A stretch of DNA of 64,000 nt, taken from the NCBI GenBank assembly GCA_964252035.1, contig OZ176200.1; one strand, 5' to 3'. The notes beneath the pieces were generated by a model. It made no database searches and was not told the DNA's origin. It was given only the letters and a program-made list of their open reading frames with translations. The DNA is from Podarcis erhardii. Taxonomy: Eukaryota. Below are positions 48,631-60,652 of this stretch, piece after piece. The position numbers and the translations under genes are program-made. The stretch's first letter is position 1, and every line of letters starts with the position of its first letter.

Positions 48631-50327
48631 CATAATATGATCAGGAGACAGGTAACAGCAATTTTAGCAAAAATGCATGTTTTGTCACTGAAAGCCTTAT
48701 AGTTTAACTACAATTTAAGTAATTAAAGAGCATGGATGTAAGAAATCTGTATCAAAAACTTATCAAATCAAATGCTTCATTTGTAGTTGCTGGTGATTTC
48801 TTTTTATGGTTATAGCTAGATTTTTTTTACACTCAGCAACCTGATTTACCACATCTTTAAGTGAACATGTCAAAGCCATCACCACACAACTCCTCCAGCA
48901 CAATCTCAACTCAACAGACATATACTGAGGCCTGTGGTGGAATCCAGAACCTCATCCTAGTGCTCCCCTACTAATGGAGGAGAAGGGGAGGCAACTTAGA
49001 TGGTGAGGAGAAGCTTCAGAACAGATTTTTATGGGCTCCAGGGGCTAGAGGAAGGAAGGGGAAATGGGAAAAATCACCACCCCTCTTTCACCATTAGTGG
49101 GTGTCTCCTGGTGAATCAAAACTATATGCCCAAGGGTACCAATTGGATAAATTGGCAGAATGGACTGTGTCACTTTGTGTTGTGGGGATGGACAGTGCCA
49201 TAACCAGTAGAGGTGTATGTGCATCATTTTGTATTTAGGCACTGAAATCCTGCAACCTGGGGAAGCTGAGCATGGGAAAGAGCAGCCCTTTGTACGAAGC
49301 ACTCTTCTAGTCACTTCTATCACACCTCCATGTTTTGCACATCAATGTCATACAAAGCAAACATTCGAGCAATTCTTAAAGAGGTAAAATGGTGGCAAGA
49401 AACCCCCAGCTGTGCAGATCTTACATTCCCCTCTGTGTTGAGGCTCCACCAAGCCCATTGTCACCAATGACGGGCTTTGCTAGGGCCTCAGGATTTGCAC
49501 AATTACACTGTGTGCTGGTGCCAGCTGGGTCACTTTTAGACATCTAACCATCTTAGCATCCTCCAGCCCCCCAAAACATGGGTACCTTTAGCAGCAGTAG
49601 GAGTGTAGCCAAGCCCCAGAAGGCAATGCATGAGGAAGTTGCTGGGTGCCCTAGAACAGCCTCACTAAACTTGCTGCCTTCCAGATTTTGATGTTATTTC
49701 AGTGGCTACAGCTTGCATGTACCAGGTTTGGGAAGGCTGAGCTAAGACAGCCTAGCAAGATCATGTGTGACTAACCCTGAGGAGGAGAGGGAAGCTACAT
49801 CGGCTCCTGAGCAAAATTAACCATGGAACCTCCTTTAATGATGGGAATGATCAGCTTGTTTGTTTGTTTGTTTCAGTTAATAAACGATGTGATCATGGTT
49901 TTTTCAAAGGTTAGGCTAATATGGTAAGCAGATAACACACACAAACATACACACAGATTTCACATAGAAACTTTTTTTCCAGGATGCAACAAGGGGCTGC
50001 CCACTGCAAACCCCATAGGTGTACAGGAATGTCAAAGCTAACACCCCCCCCAAAAAAAACAAACCCTATTATGTGTCTGCATAAGACTTTAGAACAGATG
50101 TATCTGCACAAAGATTAAAAAAAAGTCACTGAATTTCAAGCTAGTGGGCAGAAAGAGGGTGAAGAGCTAAGCAAATTTCACTTATTCCTTGTTTCCTCCC
50201 TAAATATTTGATTCTAACCCTATGAAAGTGCATATGTCACATGTAACACATTTCTTCTTTTCAGCTGAAACACTCTACTTGCAAGGGTAGCCAACATGGT
50301 GTCCTCCAGAAGTGTTTGGGCTACAAC

Positions 50328-50632
50328 CAGGGGCGGAGGAAGGGGTGCGGTGGGGCCGGATCATCCCGGGTGTCACCACTGAGGGGTGTGGCAAAATGCC
50401 GGGTGGCACTCACCGCAGGGCCTGCAAACAGTTCGCCCGCCGCCACCCCCCTCAGCTGTAGGGCGGCTGAGTGGGAGGAGGCAGGCAGACTCAGAGGCCT
50501 TGTGGAGCGTCCTGCCCTGGCTTGCCCCGCCCCACGGTCAGCTGGCCCCGCCCATGTGAGTGGCTGGCCCCCTTCCCTGGGTGCAGGGCATGCACGCTGC
50601 CCCAGGCACCCGATCAACTTGCTCTGCCGCTC
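50328..50632. mobile_element. GC-rich non-autonomous hAT-like element nested in another MITE (host about 50284-50720)
   Basis: (G/A)CTACAAC duplicated at 50320-50327 and 50633-50640; imperfect TIR CAGGGGCGGAGGAAG/CTTGCTCTGCCGCTC; the host MITE resumes after the insert. Confidence 0.75.
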
Positions 50633-50810
50633 ACTACAACTCCGATCATCCCAGATCATGGGCCATGCTGACTGCAGTTGATAGGGGCTGGAGGTACCAG
50701 AGGGCACATAATTGGCTTGCCCTTCCTTTACTGGTTGACAGAAGACCATTTGACATAAAGTCATCTCTTGGATTGAGAGTTGGCAGAGTTCTAAAGGAAT
50801 GTGCATGTCA

Positions 50811-51005
50811 TCAACATGTTATTCCCTTCTGGACGGATACATACTGCAGTACAGAATGTAAGATAACTACTAAATTATCACCTGTTCTCTTTTTGCCTCC
50901 ACGACCACCTTTTTTTGTCCTGCCTCGCTTCCTACCACGTCCTTTCCCTTTACGGCAACCACCTTTCTTGCTGCGATGTCTGTGATATCGTCGGAATCTT
51001 GACAT
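50811..51005 (-). CDS. Putative protamine-like / transition-protein-like small basic protein (64 aa if unspliced; first 41 aa basic domain)
   Basis: ATG at 51005-51003 with A at -3 and an in-frame stop 12 nt upstream. The first 41 aa contain 12 Arg, 9 Lys, 10 Gly, 2 His and no Asp/Glu. Synonymous codons are varied, so this is not a simple repeat. All 7 CpGs in 50882-51005 lie in CGN Arg codons. Possible phase-1 donor CAG|GTGATA after 50882. Confidence 0.55.
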   Translation of the reverse strand: MSRFRRYHRHRSKKGGCRKGKGRGRKRGRTKKGGRGGKKRTGDNLVVILHSVLQYVSVQKGITC

Positions 51006-52838
51006 CTTCTCCTTTTCTTACATCTGTGTGGCAGATTTCTGCTCCAGGTGGAGCAAGATGCCTTTCTAGATCAGCTGGTGATGATCTGCTTGGAGTGTTG
51101 CATTGAAGATAAGCTTGACTTGGGCCCACAAGTCACCTATCAATTATGACATATGAGTGACTCTGCCTGCAGTGCTACATCATAATGGCCCGTCTCATGG
51201 TACATCACTTCTTGTTTTCTGCAGCCTTAGAAATATTGGAGATGGCCACAGAATACCACCATTCTGCCTTCGGACTTGATATACCCTGGAAGGATAGATT
51301 AAGGTCTATGTCCTGTTCCTACTTTCTCTTTATTAGCCAGAAGGAAATGCATGGTCTTCACCAGTTATTTCTCACCCCTGCCATTTGTAGTGTCCCATGC
51401 GAAGGCTGTGCACTGGATTCAGCTGAAGCCCAAATCAAATTGGGCTGATTTGTAGGAATCGAGGTTTCACTCAAGCCGGATGAGAACAACCTTGGATCAC
51501 CCCTGGACAGATCCAGCTGCTCAGAGCAGGCCAGGACATGAAATGGGAAGGAGGTAAGGAACGGTGAGAAGAAGGTTGGAAAGGAAGGGTGTGCAAGAAG
51601 AAGGAGAAGCTGCAGAGATCTGCTTTGCAAGCTCCTTGCCTGCAAAGCAGGCCCTTGCAAAGCAGCACCCAGCAGGATTGAATTCTCTACTCAATGACTC
51701 AATCCTGTAAGATGGCTGGTCAGCAGAGAATTCAACCCTGTGTGCTGCTTTTTCCAAGTGCCTTCCCTGAAAGGAAGAAGCTTGCAGAAAAGCACCCCAC
51801 AGAACCCCTGTGATCTTGGTTGAGGTGGGGTGGAGATGCAGCACCTCCTCATTTTGTCCCTTCCCAACTGTATGTTTAATCTGCTTTTTATTTTTATTTT
51901 TTTTTTAAAGCTAATTAAACTTTAGGCCTACCCCAAAACTGATCCAGGGCCAGATACAGAGTGAGGCTGGCATTTTCTGGGCTGTGGAGGCTGGGGGTGG
52001 CTGCACACAGCGCTTAACCCATGCTATTTTGGAGAAATGGATAAACTTCACCCAAAAGGCACATCACTGCTTCTAGCTCACTATCTGTAGTGAGCTAGAC
52101 ATTCTTCATTCTTTGACGCTATCTAGGAATTCTTATTTCGCCAAAATCAGGTTAATAGTCATAGGGACAATTAGGATGATGAACAATATTTCCCCTCCAT
52201 CCAACCTTTCCAAGTTGAGTTTCCTGTTGAGTGTGATTGTCTTCCAGCAGTTTTCAGGTTTTTGGAGACTCTGTCTTAGTATGAGTCTCCATGCCTTCAT
52301 TTGCCTTACCTAATAGCCATTGGCAACGATATACCTAACCTCATAAATTCGAACTTTCTAAAACTAATATGTACTGTTGTCTTAAAATATTGTGCAAATG
52401 CTGTTTCAACTTTATTGTATGTTGAAGTGGAGCTTCAAACATATCCTAAAATGTTTTCTGCCAATAGACATCTTTTTAAGCAATGTTCATTAAGTGAGGA
52501 TATTAAAAGAGCACCTTTAATAAACTTTCAACAATTGCTTGTTGAAAGTCTTGTGCTTTGCATGCCTCATTTGTTTGCAGAATCCTATGGGTTGGTCCAC
52601 CTCCACAGATGAAGGAGAGAAGAATAGGAGCTACACCTGTGTTATTTCAACAATTTTATGTTGTATAAAATGTAGATTTGGACAAAAGTGGCTTAATGAA
52701 GCCAGAATGACTTTGATAGTCTGGCACATCTTCTGTTAGGGAAATTATACTAATGGCCCTAGGCTAGGAGAAGGTTGGTGAAGATGACTCATCCTTTTTC
52801 TCCTCTCTCTCCAGTCCAAGGGAGAGGCAAGTCTGAGT

Positions 52839-53188
52839 AAAAGGTAAAGGGACCCCTGACCATTAGGTCCAGTCATGACTGACTCTGGGATTGCAGCGCT
52901 CATCTCGCTTTATTGGCCGAGGGAGCCAGAGTACAGTTTCTGGGTCATGTGGCCAGTATGACTAAGCCGCTTCTGGTGAACCAAAGCAGTGCACGGAAAC
53001 GCCGTTTACCTTCCCGCCGGAGCGGTACCTATTTATCTACTTGCACTTTGACGTGCTTTCGAGCTGCTAGGTTGGCAGGAGCAGGGACCGAGCAACGGGA
53101 GCTCACCCCATCGCAGGAATTTGAACCACCGACCTTCTGATCGGCAAGTCCTAGGCTCTGTGGTTTAACCCACAGCGCCACCCGCGTC
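52839..53188 (-). mobile_element. Sauria SINE, near full length
   Basis: Tail AAAAGGTAAAGGGACCCC; head ...CCACCCGCGTC at 53188; no clear TSD. Confidence 0.93.
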
Positions 53189-55082
53189 GAAGCAATAGAA
53201 GCATTTGGGGGAAGACTGACTGCAGTTTCTGGAGAGAGTCAAAGCTGAGCATTTGGAGCTCTGTAAGCTAACATTAGACTTCTGTGGAGATCAAATGCAG
53301 TTGCAGTTTATTTGGCTGCTATCCATTGCAATGTTTCGAGTTGTGTCTCCACCTATGCTCATCAATATGTATAACTGACAAGAAACACAAACATTACAAA
53401 AAACCATGAGGCTCCAGTTATCATTTTCCAAAAAACCCCAAAACTTGGATAAGTGCTGGACCCCCTGGAACTGCCTGCCGCTCTGAGAAATGGAGTGAGT
53501 GTAACAATACAAATACTAAGTAAATATGCTCCATGATGATGTGGTTTGTTGCATTCCCATTGGCTTCCCATAGATACACAAGAGTTTCTTTTCTGCCAAG
53601 AATTCTGAGATGTTTTCATTCCTAGAATCATTCCTTCTTTCTTGAAACTCAACAGAGGACTCACTTTGGTGGTATTAGGATACAGAGAAGGTCAACAACC
53701 ATTTATTCATTCCCAGTGCTCTGTTAAACAAAATATGCCTTTGTCAATTTAAGGGAGATGTTTCTTCTCTTAGTCAGGTAAATTGATCCTCGCATAAGTT
53801 GATCCATTAGAAATAAACCATGAGGAAATTAAATGATTTCTCCAATGGGGAGAATCATGTTTGTGCCCCTATTGCAATTTACAGTTCATGCCTTAAAATA
53901 TAATATCTAATTTGAATGCAGGCCTTCCTCTAAGGAGTTCAAGGTGACATTTAGCCATACAATAACCCTGTCAGGTGTGTTAGGCTGAGAGAAAGAAACC
54001 TTCTCCAAAATAATCCTGTGAGTTTTAGTGAAAAATGGTCCAAAGAAATTGGAGTTGTGTGTGGATCGTGTTATTCTCTATAGTTTCGTCACTAAATGGC
54101 AGTGGACTTAGTTGTACAAGTTGAGTCAGAGGTTTCTTGAGCAGTTCTGTTCTTATATAAGGACACAATAAAGTTTTTGTTTAGCTGCCTGCTTGGTGTG
54201 CATCCTCTGTGCCTTCCATGACAGTGTAAAAGACAGAGAGGTGGTTGAGCTTCTTAACTATGGTCACTGGTTGCCAATAACTGGTGTCTCATGTGCTCTG
54301 TGACACTCATGTACTGCATGCCAGATAAGACTTGTGCCTGAAGAATGATGGTAGATTGGAGATGCAATACTTCATACTTAATGGAGAGTAAGCCAAGTTG
54401 TTTATAACTTTGTGCTTCTACCACATTGATGTGGAATTTCTTTTTTGCTGATAACAAGAATCTCTGGTTAGCTTTTAGCAGGTTGCTAAGGGACCATGAG
54501 CATCTCACACTTGATTTTTATATAAAAGGGACTTTATTTTTAGGTTTTTCATGCAATGTTGATTTGATTGCATCAGAGGAAAAGGAAAGGCATCAGCAAT
54601 AACAGAGGATAAGGAGTTCAGAGCTATTTTTATCTGGGAGAGTTAACTTTGCTACTTCCTCACATTGGCCAATTTATCAAGATGACCTATACAAACCATT
54701 GCAGGCAGCAGTTAATTCTTATCAAGAAGAAAACCATCTTGCTGATGACTGTGGAATACAACAAATGAGGAATAAAGGAGATACTAGATAACTCAAACTG
54801 TATCCTGCTGAATCCCTCAACCTTCCCCCTTATAATTAAGTCATATTAATTCCCTCTTCTGCAGTTAGAATTTAGGATTTTGTTGTATTTATGAATGTGG
54901 ACATATATGGAGTTGTGGCACCTTAATTCATTCATTTGTAACTGCAGGTTTCCATACAATTTTTGTTACACAGGGTCTTTAAACATGGGTCTTTAAATGA
55001 CATGCATGGAAGCAGAAGGTCTCTAAAGTAGAATTCGGGTGATAGTACAGTTCCCGCTCTGTGGGGACTCACAAAAACCTAT

Positions 55083-57073
55083 TCTGACCGGACACAGGTT
55101 AGAGCTCAACGTCGAGCCTACCAAGTGGCGATAGCGACGGCGAAGAAGACTTTCTTCGCCGCCTCTATTGCATCTGCAGAAAATAATAGCAGGAGACTTT
55201 TTCAGGTGGTTCGGAATTTAACAGAACCACCTTTACCACCGGGGCTTTGTAAAGACCCCAAGATCTCCTGCAACGATTTTGCAAAGTTTTTTGCAGATAA
55301 AATCACTCATATTCGGAAGGAGCTAGACACCACCGTGGGAGCAGGGCTGGGGCGGGAGAGTGCTAGAGCTCTGTCTGGTCAAGTTGCATGGAATCGATTT
55401 CAATCCATTACCCCCGAGGATGTGGACAGGCTGCTTGGACGCGTGAAACCAACCACCTGTCTCCTGGATCCTTGCCCATCCTGGCTAATAAAAGCAAGCC
55501 GGGAAGGGCTGGGCGATGGGCTCTGCGGGGTGGTGAATGCTTCCCTCTGTGAGGGAACATTCCCAGATCCGCTGAAAGAGGCGGTCATTAAACCGCTTCT
55601 TAAAAAACCATCTTTAGACCCGGCCAGTATGGCCAACTATCGCCCAGTCTCAAATCTTCCATTCTTGGGCAAGGTGATTGAGCGCGTGGTTGCTGAACAA
55701 CTCCAGGCACGCCTGGAGGATGCGGACCATTTGGATCCCTTCCAATCGGGATTCAGGCCTCATCATGGGACTGAAACTGCCTTGGTCGCACTGGTTGATG
55801 ATCTCCGGCGAGCTAGGGACAAAGGTGAGAGTTGTTTCCTAGTTCTGCTGGATCTCTCAGCGGCCTTTGATACAATCGACCATAACATCCTTCTGGACCG
55901 TCTAGAGGGGCTGGGAGCTGGGGGCACTGTTATACAGTGGTTTCGCTCCTTCCTCCTGGGCCGTGTTCAGAAAGTGGTGGTGGGGGATGAGTGTTCAGAC
56001 CCCTGGGCCCTCACTTGTGGGGTGCCTCAGGGTTCCGTCCTCTCCTCCATGCTTTTTAACATCTATATGAAGCCGCTGGGAGAGATAATCAGGGGGTTTG
56101 GACTGGGTGTCCATCAATATGCAGATGATACCCAGCTCTACCTCTCTTTTAAATCAGAACCAGTGAAGGCGGTGAAGGTTCTGTGTGAGTGCCTGGAGGC
56201 GGTTGGAGGATGGATGGCGGCTAATGGATTGAGGTTGAATCCTGACAAGACAGAAGTACTGTTTTGGGGGGACAGGGGGCGGGCTGGTGTGGAGGACTCC
56301 CTGGTCCTGAATAGGGTAACTGTGCCCCTGAAGGACCAGGTGCGCAGCCTGGGAGTCATTTTGGACTCACAGCTGTCCATGGAGGCGCAGGTCAATTCTG
56401 TATCCAGGGCAGCTGTCTACCAACTCCACCTGGTATGCAGGCTGAGACCCTACCTGCCCGCGGACTGTCTCGCCAGAGTGGTGCATGCTCTAGTTATCTC
56501 CCGCTTGGACTACTGCAATGCGCTCTACGTGGGGCTACCTTTGAAGGTGACTCGGAAACTACAACTAATCCAGAATGTGGCAGCTAGACTGGTGACTGGG
56601 GGCGGCCGCCGAGACCACATAACACCGGTCTTGAAAGACCTACATTGGCTCCCAGTACGTTTCCGAGCACAATTCAAAGTGCTGGTGTTGACCTTTAAAG
56701 CCCTAAACGGCCTCGGCCCAGTATACCTGAAGGAGCGTCTCCACCCCCATCGTTCTGCCCGGACGCTGAGGTCCAGCGCCGAGGGCCTTCTGGCGGTTCC
56801 CTCATTACGAGAAGCGAGGCTACAGGGAACCAGGCAGAGGGCCTTCTCGGTAGTGGCACCCGCCCTGTGGAACGCCCTCCCATCAGATGTCAAAGCGATA
56901 AATAACTACCTGACATTCAGAAGACATCTCAAGTCAGCCCTGTACAGGGAAGTTTTTAATCTGTGATATTTTAGTGTATTTCTGGTTTTTATGGAAGCCG
57001 CTCAGAGTGGCTGGGGAAACCCAGCCAGATGGGCGGGGTACAAATAATAAATTATTATTATTATTATTATTAT
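55083..57073 (+). mobile_element. Young 5'-truncated L2 LINE
   Basis: Uninterrupted RT frame, 3'UTR stem-loop region and (TAT)n tail at about 57050-57073; TATTCTG at both junctions. Confidence 0.95.
55125..56966 (+). pseudogene. L2 ORF2 reverse transcriptase (613 aa, lacking the endonuclease)
   Basis: NYRPVSNLPFLGK, QSGFRP, LLDLSAAFDT, GVPQGSVL and QYADD RT motifs; the frame continues upstream to about 55083 and the GTG start is an artefact of truncation. Confidence 0.95.
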
Positions 57074-60000
57074 TCTGGATTGGGAGTTAGAACTTCCTAA
57101 AAGGGTCGGCTTCATACTTTTGGCCAATTGTGTAGGCTGCATAATCAGGGAGGTGCAAAAGTAAGTTGTGAACTCGAATGCTCTCCCCTGCCATGGGTGG
57201 AGCCTCTAGCTACTACAGCTGCTAGTTTGTAATCACACCTATACCTGTTCCTCAGCTTATGCCCTATATAATATCAAGGGTGATATCCAACTAATACATC
57301 CCATCAGCACATACATTTCCACTCGTGCAATGCAACTTCTCCCGTCCTCTCCCTATGCACCACTTAAATCTGTTCCAGGGGTTCCTTTAAGCCTCCTGAG
57401 CAGATATTAGGAGGGTGTTCAGGAGAGGGGGAAGGTTCTATTTCTCAAGTGGAAATCCTTGCAATGATAGGAAACAGAAGTTGGATTGTGAAGCAGGTAG
57501 TTGTGGTTTCAGGGGAACAGCTTTGGGACCCATGCCAAGCCTAATTGGGCCTTTGAACTGAAAGTTCCCCACCACTGCTCTAGCAGGAACAAGAAATTGT
57601 GCTGGAGAAAATGAGGAGCAGACAGTCCCATGAATGGTGCCTTCTTATGTAGACCCTGGTTCATTCTAGTGGTTGTATGCATGATGGCTGTTAGGAGCCC
57701 CTGGAGTGAGAACAGCTGGTTTTGGTTCTGTGTGCAGCGGATCCATCTGGTAAACTATCAGACCTGCAGCTTGGAACCTGCAGCTTGGCAGTGAAGCAAG
57801 CTCCAGCTTTGGGTTGTTTTCCTATCCACTGGACTCTCCTGGACAGGGAAGGCTACAAAAGGGTTTCTGTTTAGGCTAGGATTGCCTGAGCAAGACGTCA
57901 TCCTGGCTCTCGTGAGCTTCTGTGCATTCCTCCTAACCTTGATTCCTTGGTCCTGATTCCTGGCCTTGGTCTGTGACTCTGGCTCCTAGCTTGAGCTTTT
58001 GGTCCTGACCTTTGATTTCCTAACTTGGCTTCTGGCACATGTCCGATAGCCAACTACAGCTCAGCCTTGTAAAAAACTCTCACCAACTGCATGTAAAACT
58101 TGTCTTATTGGGCAAAGTATGAACCATTCCTGGGAAGATACACTTAGATGGAATAGCAGGTGAATGAGTGGAGATCATGAGCTTTGTCTAGACATCTTCC
58201 CTCTAACTACTGGTTCAAATTAGGTCTTTTTAATCAGTCCAGCACTGTCCTTACATGTTTCCACAGAAGCATACTGAGCACAGAATAGTTAATTTGACCT
58301 CTACATTCTGGAATTTGATATTCAGTATTCCAGGAGTTTGACTGTTGTTAAATTCAATTAACTTCACTTTTTCTTCCCCGCCATCACAGCTGCTCTGAAG
58401 ACTGTTGACAAAGTGCTTGAACACTCTGTAAAACACCTTGAGATGTGTTGATACAAAGTCAGCTGGATAGAAGGTGAAGTTGGTTGATGTTATTTATGTG
58501 TGTTTCATTATGTTCCATGCAAATCATAAGCTGCCCAGAGCTGCCTACACAAATTGAAATATATTCATAGCAAGCACTGAGTTCTTTCATTTGCAAAACA
58601 AACCCACAAATTCCATTATGCATATCAGAAAATAGAACATCCAGTTTTAGTCAGATAATACAAGCTGTATTGAAAATAGCATCTATGAGAGAGAGGGTAC
58701 AATCAGACGGTGTAGCCTTATAGTGGTATTTTTGCATTTATTTTTCCAGACAGCTTGTCAAACTGTTCCTACTACTTCTTTTTATTCCACTTATTTCCCC
58801 CAAGATTCATGGTTATTTTCATTCATGCCAGCAGGCATACTCTCTCTATATGATGTGACTTTGCAGTCTTTTCTCCTCCTCTACATGGTCTCCTCTGAAG
58901 TCTTCTCACCATCACTATTTCTAATATGCTTGTTTGGGGCTACTAGAGGCAGGCATGCCAAGTTGGGCCCCACATGGGGGGGCTGTTATGTGTGCATCAC
59001 ACGTGCAACACACCATTCCCCGTTGGATCACACCTACTGGGAAGCTCTCCAAGCCTCCCACCCAGCACAACGGCACTCACTCGATGCAGCAGGGGATAGC
59101 AGCCCTCTCAATATTGGGGGGCTCCACCCCGCCTCAAAATATTGAAGGGGCTGAAGCCCCTTGCACCCCATATACCCAGCACACCTGACTGGAGGACAGT
59201 CATGTTCTGAGCTGACAGGTAATTGTTTTGATAAGCAATGCACAAGAACAGCATGCCTAACTGTCCCATCTTCCAATGGTGTAGAAGGAGCATCGATACT
59301 CTGAAACCTCAGAATTCTAGAAAGAAAGAAAAAACACCTAGCAGAAACGTCAACAAATCGCAAATAAGAGAGAGCAAGAGATACAGAGACAGAGAGTCGG
59401 GGCTGCCTAGTTAGAGAGGAACTCAAGTGGACCACAAGAAACCCAGACAGAATTCTGTGTGTGAGCTATGGATGCATAGCACCAGTTAAGTGCAAAATAG
59501 AGCAGCGACAGGCATCAGTCTATTCCATCACCATTTGTATCAAGCTGAATCACAAGGAGACTGCTTGCTGGAAGACAATGGTAACAGAAATACCACCCAC
59601 CTCATTTTGATAGGATGCTAGAAACTCTTTTGGGGAGCTACAACAAGAAACATGCCTTCCTCCACTGTCAATGTTGCTGCCAGCATTCTCTCAGCTATCC
59701 TTATACTAGTATCAACAGGAGGGATGTGTGCCTTTGGGCAGCTGAATTTCTGATATCCCAAGTGAACCCAGTGCCCTTAAGCAAGATGCAGAACTTCCCA
59801 GCAGGCCCCTTGGCTATGCTCAAATTGCTGGGCTGCTGATACTGCAAACCATCCTCCTTCTCTATGGACTGTGACCAAAAGTAATAATGAAGAGAAAGTA
59901 TGTCTCAATGCTTAACCTCCTATGAAAGCAGTAGTGCTTGGGAAATGGGACAAATATGGGACAAATATGCGGATTAGAACTTAATTACCCATCAGATTCT

Positions 60001-60606
60001 CTGGATTTTGTGATACAGTTCTTGGCTCAAGAAATGGAACAAAACGAGTTTTTAAATGCATATTTTTATGATAAAATATTTAAGTGCAATTTTTGTTATA
60101 AATAGGGATTTAATTGTAGATTTTTGTGTCCCTCATCCCATTTACCCCAGTGACTGCAGCAAAGCTGCTGTGGGTGGGACCATTTAAAGCTCAGCATGCA
60201 TATCCTATACCCCTTGTGGTGGCTGAAATTCTTCCGTCTTTTAATTGCTGCTTTTCAAGCGATACAGATTTAAAATGAAAGACAGGCATATTACGTATAA
60301 TATTAATGTCATTGCTGGTTTGGCCCTTAGACTGTTGGGTGTACCTCTTTTGGATGAGTGTGGTTGAGAATCCCCCATATCTACAATATTCCTTTTTTTA
60401 AACAAATCAAGAAATACAGACTACATGGTTTTCTCCCCTCTGTTTAAGTGAACAATATTATAGCTTCTCATTCCCTGGAATACATCAGACTCCACTAACA
60501 ATCCACCCATTTGTTCAGCAGAATTTAATGTCCTTGACTGAACAAATACTGCATTGGCTCGATCATCTAAAGTGGTACCCATAAAAGTCTTGGCAAGGGT
60601 TTCTCA

Positions 60607-60609
<3 letters not shown>

Positions 60610-60648
<39 letters not shown>
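60610..60648. repeat. (AT)n microsatellite
   Basis: Direct inspection. Confidence 0.95.

Positions 60649-60652
<4 letters not shown>

Noticed and set aside
50321-50806. 161-aa minus-strand ORF and overlapping 121-141 aa plus-strand ORFs
   Set aside because: They run through GC-rich nested MITEs with few stop codons; the plus frame 50560-50985 is the antisense of the basic ORF.
16264-53140. Recurrent short ORFs such as …APANLAVRKHVKVQVDK and …GFEPPTF
   Set aside because: Chance frames within Sauria SINE copies.
55400-56893. Minus-strand ORFs of 62-122 aa
   Set aside because: Antisense shadows of the GC-rich L2 RT frame.
59040-59480. Possible old RTE remnant and Lys/Arg-rich reading
   Set aside because: Too degraded to call; frames are interrupted by stops and an inserted MITE piece.
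59944-59969. Short tandem duplications (ATGGGACAAAT twice; similar cases at about 54972-54997 and 63787-63803)
   Set aside because: Ordinary replication-slippage duplications.
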